From Octopus vulgaris (taxonomy: Eukaryota): a stretch of 64,000 nucleotides of DNA. Position numbers and translations under genes: made by a program. Every line of letters begins with the position of its first letter. The first letter of the stretch is position 1. Location of the stretch: positions 107,694,001-107,758,000 of the forward strand of contig OX597822.1 in assembly GCA_951406725.2 (NCBI GenBank), read 5' to 3'. The notes under the pieces were generated by a model. The model saw only the letters and a list, made by a program, of their open reading frames with translations, searched no databases and was not told the origin of the DNA. This document shows, in pieces, positions 13,134 to 27,589 of the stretch.

Positions 13134-14777
13134 AATACAGATGTGCACTGTATATCAACACATGCACACCCACACATACAAATATATATATATATATATA
13201 TTTTGTTGCATATGCATATACATATGTATATGCATATGCATTCGTACACACGTGTATATTTGATACCAAACGCTTTCTGAGGTTTTGCATATGATGGCTC
13301 TGAGATCGAGTCTCTCGGAATATTTTTCAAAATGTTTATCGAAAAGATTCCTTTTATATTTTTTAGCAATGAAAAACACTTAAACTCTTAATAGAGTCTA
13401 TGCGACTATCAACTGACAACTCGATAATAATATAGGTTTTGTACATGTAAAGTTTAATAACATATAAACTGAAGAAACTAGACGTTTCAATGTCTTCAAT
13501 ATATTTACATTTAATATTTTTATTAGCCAATTTACTACGCTAATCTAACAACTGCCAATAGCATAATGTCTCTTATATTAATATCTACCATTTTGATATC
13601 TCTCCCTGAAAATTTCACAGCAGCCTTTACTAATTCTGATTGTTGAGGCCTTCACTTACGGAAGAGAATTTAACACACAAATCAAGTACACTTTGCAGTT
13701 TTATACTTATATCTCACGTTGGTAAGGACATTCCAATAAGGAACACAAAGCCTCATTACCGAAACCAATATCTGGTCGCTCGACCTGATTGGATTGAATA
13801 CCAAATCTATTTTCATAACATCCTGTCTTCAAGATGTAAAAAATATATTGGGCAATTTAGAATATATTCTTCGATACACTATGTTTGAAAGTAAAACGAC
13901 GACTTATTCGTAGCTGAAAAGTATTTGATCAGTATTCATGTGGAAGTAAACAGCAAGAACGCCTACGAAGCCATCAACAAGAAAACCATATCAACAGTGA
14001 TTTTGCTCATGTTTTAAATAAGATAAACATAAAAAGTAGTGAACTTTTATTAAGCAAACGTGTATTTGATTTCAGTCTTGTGGTGATGAACCATTGCCAT
14101 TCACAGTATAAAGATTCGTTTATTCTATCAAGCGGATTACCTGTCTCTGAATTATATTTATTTTTTCTGATACCGTTAAATATCTATCGTTTAATTTATT
14201 TTTAGTCAGAATCAAATTTATTGCAGTTAAAGGCCCCTCTCTCAAAAGCTGATAGCAAATTTCCACTGCATAAACCTTTTAATAATGCATATATTTTCAA
14301 AATTACCAAACGGAAAAATAAAAATAAAAGAAAGGAAGGAACTTATGACAGCTGAATAAACTAGAATTCGGAGTTGTACTTGCTTGCTGCCTCATTTGTC
14401 CTTTTTGCTTATACATAAAGACAAAAAGGATTCACGAAAGCCATTTAATGATTCCCTAACTGTTACATATACTTACTTTCCGTTCTTAATAATAGATTTT
14501 GTCATAGTTTTGTAACTGTTCACCGACACAACTCCACTGTATCTATGTTATTTTACGAGAAATAGAACCAATTACCCGAACATCAGCAGTTAAATTCCAG
14601 TGAATCTGGAAATCCTATTGTAAGAATATAAGTTGTTTAACTCTAAATTTGGCGTATGTAATACCTTATCTTAGTCTACTGAATTCTATTTTAGGAGAAA
14701 CCATTCAGAAACGTACCGATTTTCGACTATTTGTTTCATTCCGAGATACCTCCTTGTAGTTTCCGTCCAATGAATTG

Positions 14778-14862
14778 ACCCCAAGGTGCAACGCGGTGGG
14801 ACTGAGCCTGGAACCATGTGATAGTGAAGCAACTTATTACCACACAGTCACGCCTACACCTA
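14778..14862 (-). mobile_element. tRNA-SINE family A, 5' fragment
   Basis: cccaaggtgcaacgcggtgggactgagcctggaaccatgtg matches family A head (see 35091). Confidence 0.75.
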
Positions 14863-16397
14863 CACCAATATTCAAAAGTTTTAACGCAAATACATTTTGA
14901 ACCTTTTCAGTTTTGTTGAAATGTCATTCTTAGAACTCTTTCAGTTATAACAGTGTGAATAGTACTTTATGAAGTAATTAATTACGAGAATATATATTCG
15001 TAAATAATACTGATATTTAAAGGTATATGCAATAAAATGAGATTAGGTGTACGATCTGTAACTTCATTTCCTAGTAAATTATATTCAATAATTAATCTGT
15101 TAAGATGTCTCATAAATTTATTGCAAGTTCTCATTAAAACAGCTTGCAACTTTAGGCAAGTTTATAGATGTGGAAATTTTATTGGGAATAAACTGCATTA
15201 TATAATATTAAATAAAAGAAAGAAAGAAGAAGATAATTACCACGAACGTAGGTAGATATGCTCTCAATATATTCAAAGTATATCATATTAAACCTGGGAA
15301 TATTATTTAACGAAATAATTGCACCTTTCTGCCAATGTAATTTATATAAATAGTTACTAAGAGCAGAAATCCTTCTCTATGGAAACATGCATAATAGATC
15401 GATTTTCAGTTGATAAACTTTAAGTAGTATCTTATGAAGTCTTAACGGACGAACATTCTTCATCATGTCACGTAACACATTCAATTCAACATCAATGACA
15501 AATGATGAAGGCTTCGTTAAATAAGTCAAGCTGATGAAAGCATTCTACGGATATTAAAAGTGTGGAATGATATGAATATATCATCATCTAAGAGACAACA
15601 CAGGATCTATTACATTTTACTCAATATTCGCCGGCAGAATTTTCCTACAAATCTTCGAAAATGTAAGAGTAAATAACATGAAGCTACATCGATTAGGAAT
15701 GGATTCTCATTGGTCATTGGCCAGTGAAATTGGTTAGTCAAGCGTAAGTGTTGGTTAATTATACATAAATTCAGCTCCAGAAATCATAAGCGACTGATAA
15801 CTAATTTTCATTATAGTAACAACTGCACTAAATCAGCAGAAATCAATATGATAAGAGCATCTTCGCCGAATTGTCATTAATACGTTTAATGTAAGTAGTT
15901 TTCAAAGATGATGGTTATATTAACTGCAGGTCATTTTTGTGGTTTACCTCAGGTCATTTCATATAGAAGAGACGTGATACACTAGACGTTCCAGCTGCGA
16001 ACATCTCGCCTTTTGCATATATAAAAGTATAATTTTCATTCTGTTTTGAATAGAACTGGGTAGAAATCAAATGATATCCGACTACTCTTTGTAGTATGCC
16101 ACAGATATTTGTTGTCAAATAAAGATAGTTGTTCTATCTGTTTCTTAAATCCATTGTGATTTACACGCAGCAGATTTTATATTTTGTATAATTTCAATGG
16201 TTTGGAACTTTGAATTGATAATCATAATCAAATGTAGGACTCACTTTCCGACAATATAAGAGTAGGCATGAAAATAAATAAATAAAACATCTTAAGATAA
16301 AATACTAAAGTCATAGTGTCATTGAACTGGACATCAATATGCGACAAAATGCTTTCAAAGATATTCATTTATTATTATTGGAAGTAGTATTTTTTTA

Positions 16398-16631
16398 AGG
16401 CGGCGAGCAGCCAGAACCGTTAGCACGCCGGACGAAATACTTAGTTGTATTTCGTCTGCAGCTACGTCTGAGTTCAAATTCTGCCGAGGTCGACTTTGCA
16501 TTTCATCTTTCCGGGGTCAATAAATTAAGTACCAGTGAAATACTGGTGTAGATGTAATAGATTTATCCCCTTCCCACAAATTTCAGGCCTTGTGCCTCTA
16601 TTAGAAATGATTATTATTATTATTGTTAATA

Positions 16632-16675
<44 letters not shown>

Positions 16676-17975
16676 GAGGAGGCGAGCTGGTAGAATCATT
16701 AGCACGCTCAACAAAATGCTTAGCAGCATTTCGCCCGTCGCTACATCCTGAGTTCAAATTCTGCTGAGGTCGACTCTTCTTTTTATCCTTTCGGGGTCGA
16801 TAAATTAACTTTCCACTAGCTTCGATGAAATCGACTAATTCCCTCTCCTCAAATCTCAGGCCTTATACATTTAGCAGAAATGATTGTTGTTCGTGTTGTT
16901 GAAGAGGCGAGGTGGCAGAATCGTTAGCATGCCGGGCAAGATGATTAGGCGCATTTCGTCCGTCGTTATATTTTGAGTTCAAATTCCGCCTAGATCGAAT
17001 TTGCTTTTCATCATTTCGGGGTCGATAAAATTTGTGCCAGTTGATAACTAGTGTTGATGTAACCGATTTACTCGCCCCCCCCGTGGAATTGCTGGGTTTG
17101 TGCCAAAATTTGAAACCGGTATTGTTAATAATGGTGGTGCAGGCGAAGTTTTCTATTTACTAGAAAACCAGAATTAACAAATCAAAAGTGCACATAACAC
17201 AACATAAAGTGTGAAGAGATAAAGGAAAGTGTGAAGAGATAAAGGAAAACTTTTAGTGCAATTCAGCGAAGGAAACAAGTGCTATTAAAGAATTAAACTA
17301 CATTTTCACTAATAAGTGTAAAGACAAAGAAACGAGAGATTGAGACATATTTCATTAATCATTAATTTCAAGGTAACTTTAAATATTAATGTTTTTTTAT
17401 TCCATTTCCGATAAACGAAGCAATCTGTGTTGTTGATGTAAAATTGAGAAGAATAGAAAGTTATTCTTGGCAGATTGTTATACGCCATACATATTTTATA
17501 ATTATCTTTCTCTTTCACCCTAGCTGTACAATAAACGGTTGTTGGAAGTCTATGTAATTGTACCTAGCTGGCAAAAACAGTTAGCACGGCGGGCGAAATG
17601 CGTAGCCGCATTTAGTCTGCCGATACGTTCTGGGTTCAAATTCCGCCGAGGTCGACTTTGTGTTTCATCCTTTCGGGGTCGATAAATTAAGTACCAGTTA
17701 CGCACTGGGGTCGATATAATCGACTTAAACCGTTTGTCTGTCCTTGTTTGTCCTCTCTGTGTTTAGCCCTTTGTGGGTAGTAAAGAAATATGTATTTCCT
17801 CTGTCTTTAGGTTCTGAGTTGAAATTCCGCCGAGGTTGACTTTGCTTTTCATCCTTTCGGTGTCGATTAAATAAGTACCAGTTAAGCACTGTGGTCGATA
17901 TAATCGACTTAATCCGTTTGTCTGTCTTTGTTTGTCCCCTCTGTGTTTAGCCCATTGTGGTTAGTAAAGAAATGT
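16398..17975 (+). mobile_element. Cluster of four SINE family B copies (about 16398-16610, 16676-16885, 16904-17120, 17565-17975)
   Basis: Shared ggcgagctggcagaa.cgttagcacgccgg...gagttcaaattccgccgaggtcgactttgc.tttcatcctttcggggtcgataaattaagtaccag; central block resembles the Deu/Nin SINE domain (from memory). Last copy has its 3' part duplicated. Confidence 0.85.
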
Positions 17976-18026
17976 ATATTATTACACCCGTCCTAGTACA
18001 CTGTATGATTTCTACCCCCGTCTCCC

Positions 18027-18680
18027 TTTTGGTGAAACATTGCGAACTGCTGTTTATATCAATTTTATATATACACATTACCGACTTGCTAAATCAACCA
18101 ATTATTTGGACGACGAAAACATAAATACTAATAGCGAAGAAAAATCTGAATGGTCGGGCTGATGAGGCAACGGAAACTGCCGAAACCGACAGAGGTGTTA
18201 ACAATTCACGATTGGTATTTTTCGGATAATTAAGGTCCCGGTTAGTATATAGGTTTTCATTAATGTGTGTTAACCACGGCATTAGAGCTCTTTAGCTCTG
18301 ATTTCTAGCAATGTAGGTGTTTCCTAAAACCCTAGTCACATTTAGTGAGATTTGTAATTCTTTTCGGTGAAACATTGCAATGTGCTGTTTATATTAATTT
18401 TATAAATACATATTAACGAATTCCTAATTCCCATTATTTGGCCGACAAAACCATAAATACTAACGGCGAAGTGAGGAAAGAACCAAAAAATCGAGCGGTC
18501 TTGACTGATGAGGTAATGGAAACTGACGAAACTGACGCATCATTATTAAGAATTCTCGATTGGTACTTTTCGCACGACTATGTGCCCTGTTAGTGTATAT
18601 CTCTAGCAATTTAGGTGTTTCCTAACACCCTAGTCACATTTTGGTGAAACATCGCAAAGTTATGTTTTTATAAATCTACA
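18027..18680 (+). repeat. Diverged ~280-345-bp tandem repeat, each full unit with a hammerhead core
   Basis: ggtgaaacat unit starts at 18031, 18366, 18643; CTGATGA-GGCA acggaaac TGCC-GAAAC at 18159-18186 and degenerate copy at 18505-18532. Confidence 0.75.
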
Positions 18681-18699
18681 TATACACACATACATATAT

Positions 18700-19057
18700 G
18701 TACATGGTGCGTAAGATATTTGAGGACAGATCTATGCATATGAAAAAAAGCATATATATACTAACACATAATAAGTTTGTTTATCAAAAATAATATGAGG
18801 ATAAAAAATACACTTTCATTTCTATAATGTTATTGAATAAAGCCACTTTTAGCTTCAACGACTACTTCTATATGAGTCCTAAGTGCTCGAATCAAAAGAT
18901 CCTGGTTCATTTTCGACTTTACTCTGACTATGGCAGCTTTCAAAGTATCTTTGGTGCTATGGGCGTGTTCGGTGACCCCTCTCTCAACAACGCTCAGCAT
19001 GTAATAGTCCAATGGATTGAGATCTGGGGAATTAGGAGGCCAAATGTTAAGGGTTAG
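18700..19057 (-). mobile_element. Tc1/mariner (DD37D maT-like) transposase 3' remnant
   Basis: WPPNSPDLNPLDYY...HSTKDTLKAAIVR...VVEAKSGFIQ*. Confidence 0.85.
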
Positions 19058-19236
19058 GTAAAAAGAAATGGAATGGTGAAACTATTTTCCGTTTTCTGAA
19101 AAAAGAAACGGTTTGGACTAACGACACTTTTGCATAATAGAAACGATATACAGTGCGATGTTGGTCCGTTGAACTCTGTACTTTTTTCTGTGTCCTGTGT
19201 TTCCACATTCTCTCTCCTTGTTATTCCTTTTCAATA

Positions 19237-19315
19237 CTTACTGTCGAAGAGATTAGGCTCGGAACGTAAAGGGGTTTTTCCATTCTTCCCGAGCGTTAAG
19301 CTAATACACCTGCTT
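19237..19315 (+). mobile_element. Short repeat with decayed minimal HHR (relative of 23959)
   Basis: ctgtcga-a-gaga ttag gctc-gga-acgt-a followed by tcccgagcgttaagctaatac. Confidence 0.6.
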
Positions 19316-19404
19316 AAATTAATACATACAGATATGGATGTATGAATGTATGTATGCATGTATGTATATATGCATATATATATGCATATATATATGTATG
19401 TATG

Positions 19405-19475
<71 letters not shown>

Positions 19476-19651
19476 TTATATATATATATATATATATATA
19501 TTATTTATTTAAATACAAGCATACACACACGGACGCACACCTATATGCGAACAATATAATAATTTTACGAATATATGTATGTGAATTCCTAATCGATGAA
19601 TTTCCCACCACTAATTTAAATAGTATGTCGTATGTTTGTATATTTGTGTGA

Positions 19652-19691
<40 letters not shown>

Positions 19692-20364
19692 GTATATGTT
19701 CACGGATTTACACACTCATATGCATCAATGCTATGTGACGTTATACCAAAGAGGTTCTTTTATTTTATTACGGATATAAAAATAATATTAAAGGACGACA
19801 CCAAAGTCCTGTCCTAAATGACCCTGGGAAATGCATATCACGAGTGCAGAAGTATCAGTTGCAAACGATTTAATGCACAGATCAAATGCATCTCTAAGTG
19901 TTAGTGTTTATAGCCCTTTAATTTTGATGTTTTCAAACGAAAGGAATTTTTTCATAATCGAATGATTTTCTTGCGAAACATAAATATTATTAACAATAAT
20001 ATATTGAAGATAAATAGTAATAAAAATGAAAGGATCATAAAACACAGGTGTGGGCATATGTACTCCTCGTTGTGTGTGTGTATTTGTTTGCATGTGCGTG
20101 TGTAGTTGTGTGCTCGTATGAATGTGGGGAAGTGTTCTATTTGCATATACGCGTCTAAATACTTCGTGTCCTTCTCTTTTCCCCATATATACATATACAT
20201 ACAAGCATACATTACATTCATTCCTACATTCATTCCTACATGCATGCATACATACATGCGTATACACTAACATGCACATGCATATGTACTTAGGTTTATC
20301 CATTTGTATGTAGTACGAAATATAAGTATTAATATTAAAGAAAGAATAAAATAGTTTTAATTCA

Positions 20365-20985
<621 letters not shown>

Positions 20986-21577
20986 ACTGAAGGAGAAAAT
21001 GTAACGATTCTGTGGGACTCTGAAGGAGAAAATGTAACGATTCTCTGGGACTTTCCTGTACATACAGACCGACCCATCAAAGCCAATAAACCAGATATTG
21101 TTGTGAAAGACCAAATCAGTAAAGTTTGCTTATTGATCGACATGAGCATCCCCTGTGATCATAATATCTCGGCGGAAGAGTTTGACAAGCTCAGAAAATA
21201 TAAAGACCTGCTCATTGAAATTGAGAAAATGTGGCATCTCAAGGCGGTTACAATACCAGTGATCGTAGGAGCACTAGGAATGATCAAGAAGGGAACCGAA
21301 AATTATATGAGAATGATCCCTGGCTTACCATCCCTGCAAGAAGTGCAAAAGATTGTCTTAACTGGTACATCACACGTATTGAGAAGAGCATTGTCGATGT
21401 GAGAATTATTACTACCCATGTATTTTAATTTAACTTTATTTCTATAAAAAAAAATGAACGAACTAGTGAGTTTAGTTTAATGGCCTACCAATGTATACTA
21501 TGAGTTTCTTTGCCCTAGGAGTCGGGAAGACACTCGGCAAAAATGGAAGCAAATTTGAAAGAAGAAGGAAAGAAATA
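20986..21577 (+). mobile_element. 5'-truncated R4/Dong element: restriction-like endonuclease C-terminus and 3' UTR
   Basis: Open to stop at 21402: ILWDFPVHTDRPIKANKPDIVVKD...LLIDMSIP...KLRKYKDL...IPVIVGALG (PD-(D/E)xK RLE); (TAA)n on both sides; ~30-nt duplication at the 5' junction. Confidence 0.92.
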
Positions 21578-21602
21578 TAATAATAATAATAATAATAATA
21601 AT

Positions 21603-21742
21603 AGTGTTTGTACAACACTAAGTACGAAATCAAATATATGGCACCCTAGCCATAACACCAATAAGAACTTCCAACTTGTCGTCTCTTGAGGTTTCTGGGT
21701 GAGCCAGCTTGTGCAAATGTAAAGAAAAAGTCAAATATAGAA
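21603..21742 (+). mobile_element. Second Dong-like 3' UTR fragment
   Basis: Diverged copy of 20686-20832, ends in (TAA)n. Confidence 0.6.
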
Positions 21743-21753
21743 TAATAATGATG

Positions 21754-21822
<69 letters not shown>

Positions 21823-21840
21823 TTAATAATAATAATATTA

Positions 21841-22274
21841 ATACCACAGATTTGCTTGTCAGTTGCTTGACCTTAACCAGTTAAGCATGTCCCTTAGTGG
21901 CTGACGATATGTGCATCTCTGATCACGAGCAGAAGTAGTGGGGGAGCATCATAGCCATGTGTTGAGAGGGATTCTTTGGGGTTTGAATATTTCACCTCTG
22001 GAAACATGGGTGGTTTTTTCAATATCCTTAAACAACTCTTATTCAGGGACCGTTTGAGCGGGATGGGCTACTCAACCCGAAGAAAATTCTAACTGGGCCC
22101 CACCTGCAAGGTCATGTGCTGTTTACCTTGATATGAGATCACCATGTCGCGCACATATGGTTGTGATGCATGTGCCTGGTGTACCTTTATCAGACGGGTA
22201 GTCATGATGGGTATATTGGGCTTCGTATATTTTACCCCAGTGTCACTTTGATGGGATGAACTGCTCTCTCACTC
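21841..22274 (-). mobile_element. Unclassified ~430-bp non-coding interspersed repeat in (TAA)n
   Basis: GC-richer block with sharp edges against TAA tracts; no ORF; single copy here, so class and strand are tentative. Confidence 0.5.
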
Positions 22275-22348
<74 letters not shown>

Positions 22349-23886
22349 TAATAATAATAATATTTATGATGATTTCGTCATTAACAACTAAGCTTTTATA
22401 AAAAGAAGGATCGTGGGCAGTATACAGGAAGTCGCGTAAACAATAAATGGACGAAATTAAATTCAACGAAGGAAATATTCTTGGTATCTCAGCCACGCCC
22501 TCAGAAGGGGCGTGGTTGAAATACCGAGAGGATTTTCTGGAAATCCCTCAAAACGAGAATAGTCAACCTGACCACTTGACAGATTACCCTCTCTTGCACC
22601 TCATCTCATTTAAAAGTGCATGACAACGTCATGTCTGTGAATAACGATGTCTTATTGTTATACATAGCATGCCTTCGCCATGAAACACAAGTTCAGCAAT
22701 AGTATTTAGGTTTGTTTTTTTAAAAGCATTTTTTAAAAAAAATAGCCCACACAGGTTACTCACAGGTTACAAAGATTCCCAGTGGAACCCCACTGTTTAC
22801 ACTGCCTTGTTGGATGGGGAGAATTATGACAGAGGAACTACGAAGCTGTAACTGGGGAAATAAATCTAATTTTTGGTGGAAACAAAACAGTTGTTTCTAT
22901 TTCCTGGTCAATTTTTTTCATCTTCCTCTGAAATATATTCCCTGAAGTATATAGGTGTGTATGTCTGTGTATACATATATACATACGCTCACACACACAG
23001 ATGGGAAGAAGACAGCTAGTCACACCTGTGTAAAAATGTATGTACATATATTAGTATACAAACACACATACACACAGATGAACGAATATAGAGTGCGAGT
23101 TCGCGGTGAATAAATCAGTGGAGGAGATGTCTTCTTGGGTTCAAATAGCTGTATCGTCGGCTCTCAGACAACATCTACGTTAAAGTGACCATGAACACTA
23201 CAATTTGGTTTGTATACTGCATGCTTTCTGTTGGAAAGCCCGAAAAAGAAGGTCGCGTTGCGTTCTTGAGCAAAACAATTTATTGTTTGCGCGTTGGGTT
23301 CTTCTGCAAAACACTTTATTTCACGTTGCTCCTGGGCTCTTTTCAGGAGGGAATTTATTTCACCTGCTCGTACTGCTAGCGGAATGGCGTCATTCGAAGG
23401 CTACAACAATGTAAAAAGTATTGTGACCAGAGATGTGTAACAACGTCAGATAGCCTGCTCGGTCACGTGATCACGTGATATTGCCTCTATCAGAAATAGA
23501 GATATTCTAACGGGCTAGATTGCTAGTTACAAGATCAGTGATTGTATGGCACTGTATTAGACTGATGCCACACCTGGCGATCGAGTACCCACCGACCGAT
23601 GAAGTGATCCAATAAGATCGAAATTATGTGATCCGGTTGTCTCACACCTAGGGCGGTCGGAGTCCTCTCCCGCTTGCAGTGAATATCGAGTGCCAGAGTG
23701 CACTGCATAAACCAGCTGGAGGAGATATGTTCCTGGGGTTAAAACAGCAGTATCATCGGATAGCAGAGAACGCTCACGTTAAAGTGGCAATTAACAGTAC
23801 TATATACATTAATATCTATCTATCTATCTATCTGTCTACATGTCTATCTCTCCCTCTCTCTCTCTATATATATATATATCTATCTA

Positions 23887-23957
<71 letters not shown>

Positions 23958-23958
23958 A

Positions 23959-24093
23959 TCTTTCTGTTGAAGAGCGTAGGCTCGAAACGTTAAAGACTTG
24001 TTTTATTTATATTTCCTGAGCGCCATACTAATACAATTGTTTGTTTGTTTTCCACCTGCCTTCGTCTTTTGTCTATTTTCATAAAGCTTCCCG

Positions 24094-24095
<2 letters not shown>
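23959..24095 (+). mobile_element. Short PLE-type repeat starting with a minimal type I HHR (23959-23996)
   Basis: TCTTT-CTGTTGA-A-GAGC gtag GCTC-GAA-ACGT-T-AAAGA; downstream part matches 50872-50966 (minus). Confidence 0.7.
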
Positions 24096-24136
<41 letters not shown>

Positions 24137-24137
<1 letters not shown>

Positions 24138-24437
24138 TGTTGTGTCTGGGGAGACTCATTCTCCTTTGGTGCCTTATAATTCCTTTTTATTTTTCTAAAC
24201 TTTTCGGTGCGACTTTCAACATTTTCAACACTTTTCGATTAAAACTATTGAAAAGGCTGCAAGACGCAGCGAAAATTTTAAAATTTTAGAAAAATGAAAA
24301 CGAAACAAGTGGAAATTTTACCGGTGCGGTTGTTAAATTATTAGCCACCAAAAGAGAATGACTCTCCCCAGACACAACAGAAAATGCTTCAACACACGAA
24401 CTCACATATAAAATCTTGTAAACCAAATCTCAAAATG
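24137..24437. mobile_element. MITE/foldback-like element with ~40-bp inverted repeats
   Basis: ctgttgtgtctggggagactcattctcctttggtg (24137-) versus caccaaaagagaatgactctccccagacacaacag (-24380); TA tracts flank. Confidence 0.65.
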
Positions 24438-24486
<49 letters not shown>

Positions 24487-25212
24487 CACATATACATTCA
24501 CACACGCAGGTACACATACAAACGAACGGTTATATATGTATGTTTATATACGCATGCGTAGTCGAACACAACGCCCACATACACATATTTAAACATAGTC
24601 GGAACCACACGCGCTCGCACACACACGTACACAGTAAATTATTTCTGTCCAGTTCTTCAGGGTGTAGAAATCTATCCACCTCTACAGTTTATTCTGCGCA
24701 GACATCTGCTGACTGGCGCTAGAGTTTTGTCAACAGTTGTCAGTTTCACAAAAATAGATTCAGCCACAATATATATATATATATATAGTAGAGCTATTAT
24801 ATGCTTGTCGATATATCAGCTGCTATCTTAGCAAATACATTGTGTTAATATCAGAACAAATCTATCTTGGATGTTTATCTCTGAAGAGAAGTGAAAACAT
24901 TTCAACAACTCGTCCATCATTACTACTTCCCGCGAGACTTCGTAATAAAATAACCATTTATTGAATTGTAGCACTTCAAGTTAAACTCAGTGGGAATAAT
25001 GCACACATACAACCGCACGAACACGCATACGCACATATACATATCTAGATAGCACTAGACTTTTAGCTTTTTGTCTCGACTATCAGATTTTCCAATGTTA
25101 CATAAAGTGGGTAATTGCTTTCAGTGATAAGTAAATTAAACGTTTGCTCTTTTGAACACATCTAGACACACATTCATACACAAATACTCATCCCCATACA
25201 AATACGCAAAGA

Positions 25213-25254
<42 letters not shown>

Positions 25255-26154
25255 TATATATTATATATTATATATATATGTATATATATATATATATATA
25301 AATACAGTGTGTTTGCAAACTTCGAATAAGTGTAAGACACTAAGATATTTCGCGGAAAATTCCGCCTTCCCTATTGGTAACATAATACGAGATATATCTG
25401 GGGCTTACAAATATATTTGTTAAGCGACTCTATTTCTGTTTCAAATAGAGCACTATTTTTCTCTTCTATTTTGCAGCTTTACTCATGCCTTTTAGTTTGC
25501 TATTGAAATCCGTCCACTAAACTTGATTCAGTTATCAGCAGAAAGATTTTATGATGGAAAAAAAAAGGGGAATGTGTAAATATCTAAATAAGGTATATTG
25601 AACAAATATAGAAAATACTTGCCGGTTTTATTATGTATAGCATCATCTAAAATAGAGGCTGCTTCTTTCCAGTTATGGCTAGAAATATATCAAATTATAT
25701 AAATAAGCAAATACGAAGGAATGGACCATTTTCTGTATCAATTATCTTTAAAATCATATTTATATTTTTAATTCATTGTGTTGTGGAAGAAAGGCATGAT
25801 CTCAGAACATGAACTTTGAATAATTTAGGTGTTTCTTTGGCCCGATCGAAGAACTATGTTTTAAAAACCGAAACTTTCAGCAGAACAACCTTTCTCATTG
25901 TATTCATTAATATTTTCTGTATTCCACCTCTGGTAATATTTTGTGTCATGTGTCCTCTCAGCTGGAATTCTTGCTATGTTAATGCATCAGTGTCTGTTGA
26001 ACGATAGCTGTACACATTATTGACAAAATAATTCCTCCGATAATCAAACTCGCACTCCTTGACAATCGTGTTTACGACAAGAGATCTTATATTTTCACTT
26101 GTTTATCACATCCCACATAATTTGAAAATAAAATATCCTCAGTACAGCGATATT

Positions 26155-26385
26155 GCGGGCGAGCTGGCAGAAACGTTAGCACGCCGGGCGAAATGCGTGG
26201 CCGTATTACGTCTGCCGTTACGTTCTGAGTTCAAATTCCGCCGAGGTCGACTTTGCCTTTCATCATTTCGGGGTCGATAAATTAAGTACCAGTTGCGCAC
26301 TGGGGTCGATGTAATCGACTTAATCCGTTTGTCTGTCCTTGTTTGTCCTCTCTGTGTTTAGTCCCTTGTGGGTAGTAAAGAAATA
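26155..26385 (+). mobile_element. SINE family B copy
   Basis: Close match to 17565-17790. Confidence 0.88.
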
Positions 26386-26629
26386 GATATTGCGGAACTT
26401 TCTCACTATATTTACTAATATTTTAAAGAATTTCTTTGAAGAAAGAAGAAACAATTTCTTTCTGGAGACTGTCAGAATGTGTAGGCGTCTCTGACGAGAA
26501 ACCAATAATGTTAAAAAATCGTTAAGAGTGTCCCTCATTTTTTCAGTCTGCAGAGAAATTGCATAAATTTGCCCTGTTTATAATTATTTCATGTGATATA
26601 TATATATATATATATATATATAACATACC

Positions 26630-26673
<44 letters not shown>

Positions 26674-26704
26674 AAGCAAACATATACACAAGAACGTGCA
26701 TGCA

Positions 26705-26747
<43 letters not shown>

Positions 26748-27064
26748 GTATATATATATATGTGTGTGTGTGTGTGTATATATATATATACATATATGTG
26801 TGTGTTTATATATATAGAGAGAGAAAGAGAGAGGAGGGGGAGAGAGAGGGAGAGAATAGGAGAGAGAAATACATGCACACACACAAACATACACACCAAG
26901 ACACATATATAGAGTATACCAAAAGAAATCAGCCTGAAGAAATAGTTCCACACTGGGTTCACAACTCCAATATGGCTAGACTGAATTCATAATTTTAAAT
27001 AACATAGGATGTGGACTCTGCGCCCTATATATAGATGGAACACACTGAGCATAGTCATTGTTAA

Positions 27065-27430
27065 TCTTTATATATAAATGTGAGGTTGTGTGCTGTCTGT
27101 CTCCTACGATTTAGATTCCTAACTACTCCCACATATTGCGGTGCAGTTTAACCAAAACCGGGTATCTTATAGTCGAGATTCATATCGAGCCCTTCTGGGT
27201 ATTAGCGCGCGTCTACGATTAAAAAAAAACATTCTTAATGCATTTTTGGCATATATAAGGGAAGTAACTCTCTAAAAATGTATTATTAAATCTCAGAACG
27301 TAAAAAGCTACAGTTACACCCCCCATTTGTGGTTAGCCATATTGAGATGACTATTATACTTTACATCTCTAAAAATGCTTATATAGTTATTTCCCTTACA
27401 CACCCGAGCAACGCCGGGCGATACTGCTAT
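27065..27430 (+). mobile_element. Non-autonomous Helitron
   Basis: 5' TC, subterminal hairpin cccgagcaacgccggg, 3' CTAT (CTAG in the second copy at 61768-62163). Confidence 0.82.
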
Positions 27431-27589
27431 GGCTTTATATGGTTTAAAGCATAGGTACGTGAACAAATTCCACTCGGACTGCAAGTTTAACTTTGTACTC
27501 GTAATTACTGGGACACTGGTATATTTATATAACTGTCAAAGTTCCAAAAATGGGAAATTACTATTCTGCAGATGACTAGAGATATAATT

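Noticed and set aside
15525-15595. CTGATGA followed by an 8-bp stem
   Set aside because: GAAA is GAAT and no stem I or III can be formed.
16398-17975. CRISPR-like regular repeats
   Set aside because: Repeats are >200-bp SINE copies in eukaryotic DNA; no spacers or cas genes.
23590-23635. ccgatga...gatc/gatc-gaaa HHR-like string
   Set aside because: Several core mismatches and no cleavable triplet.
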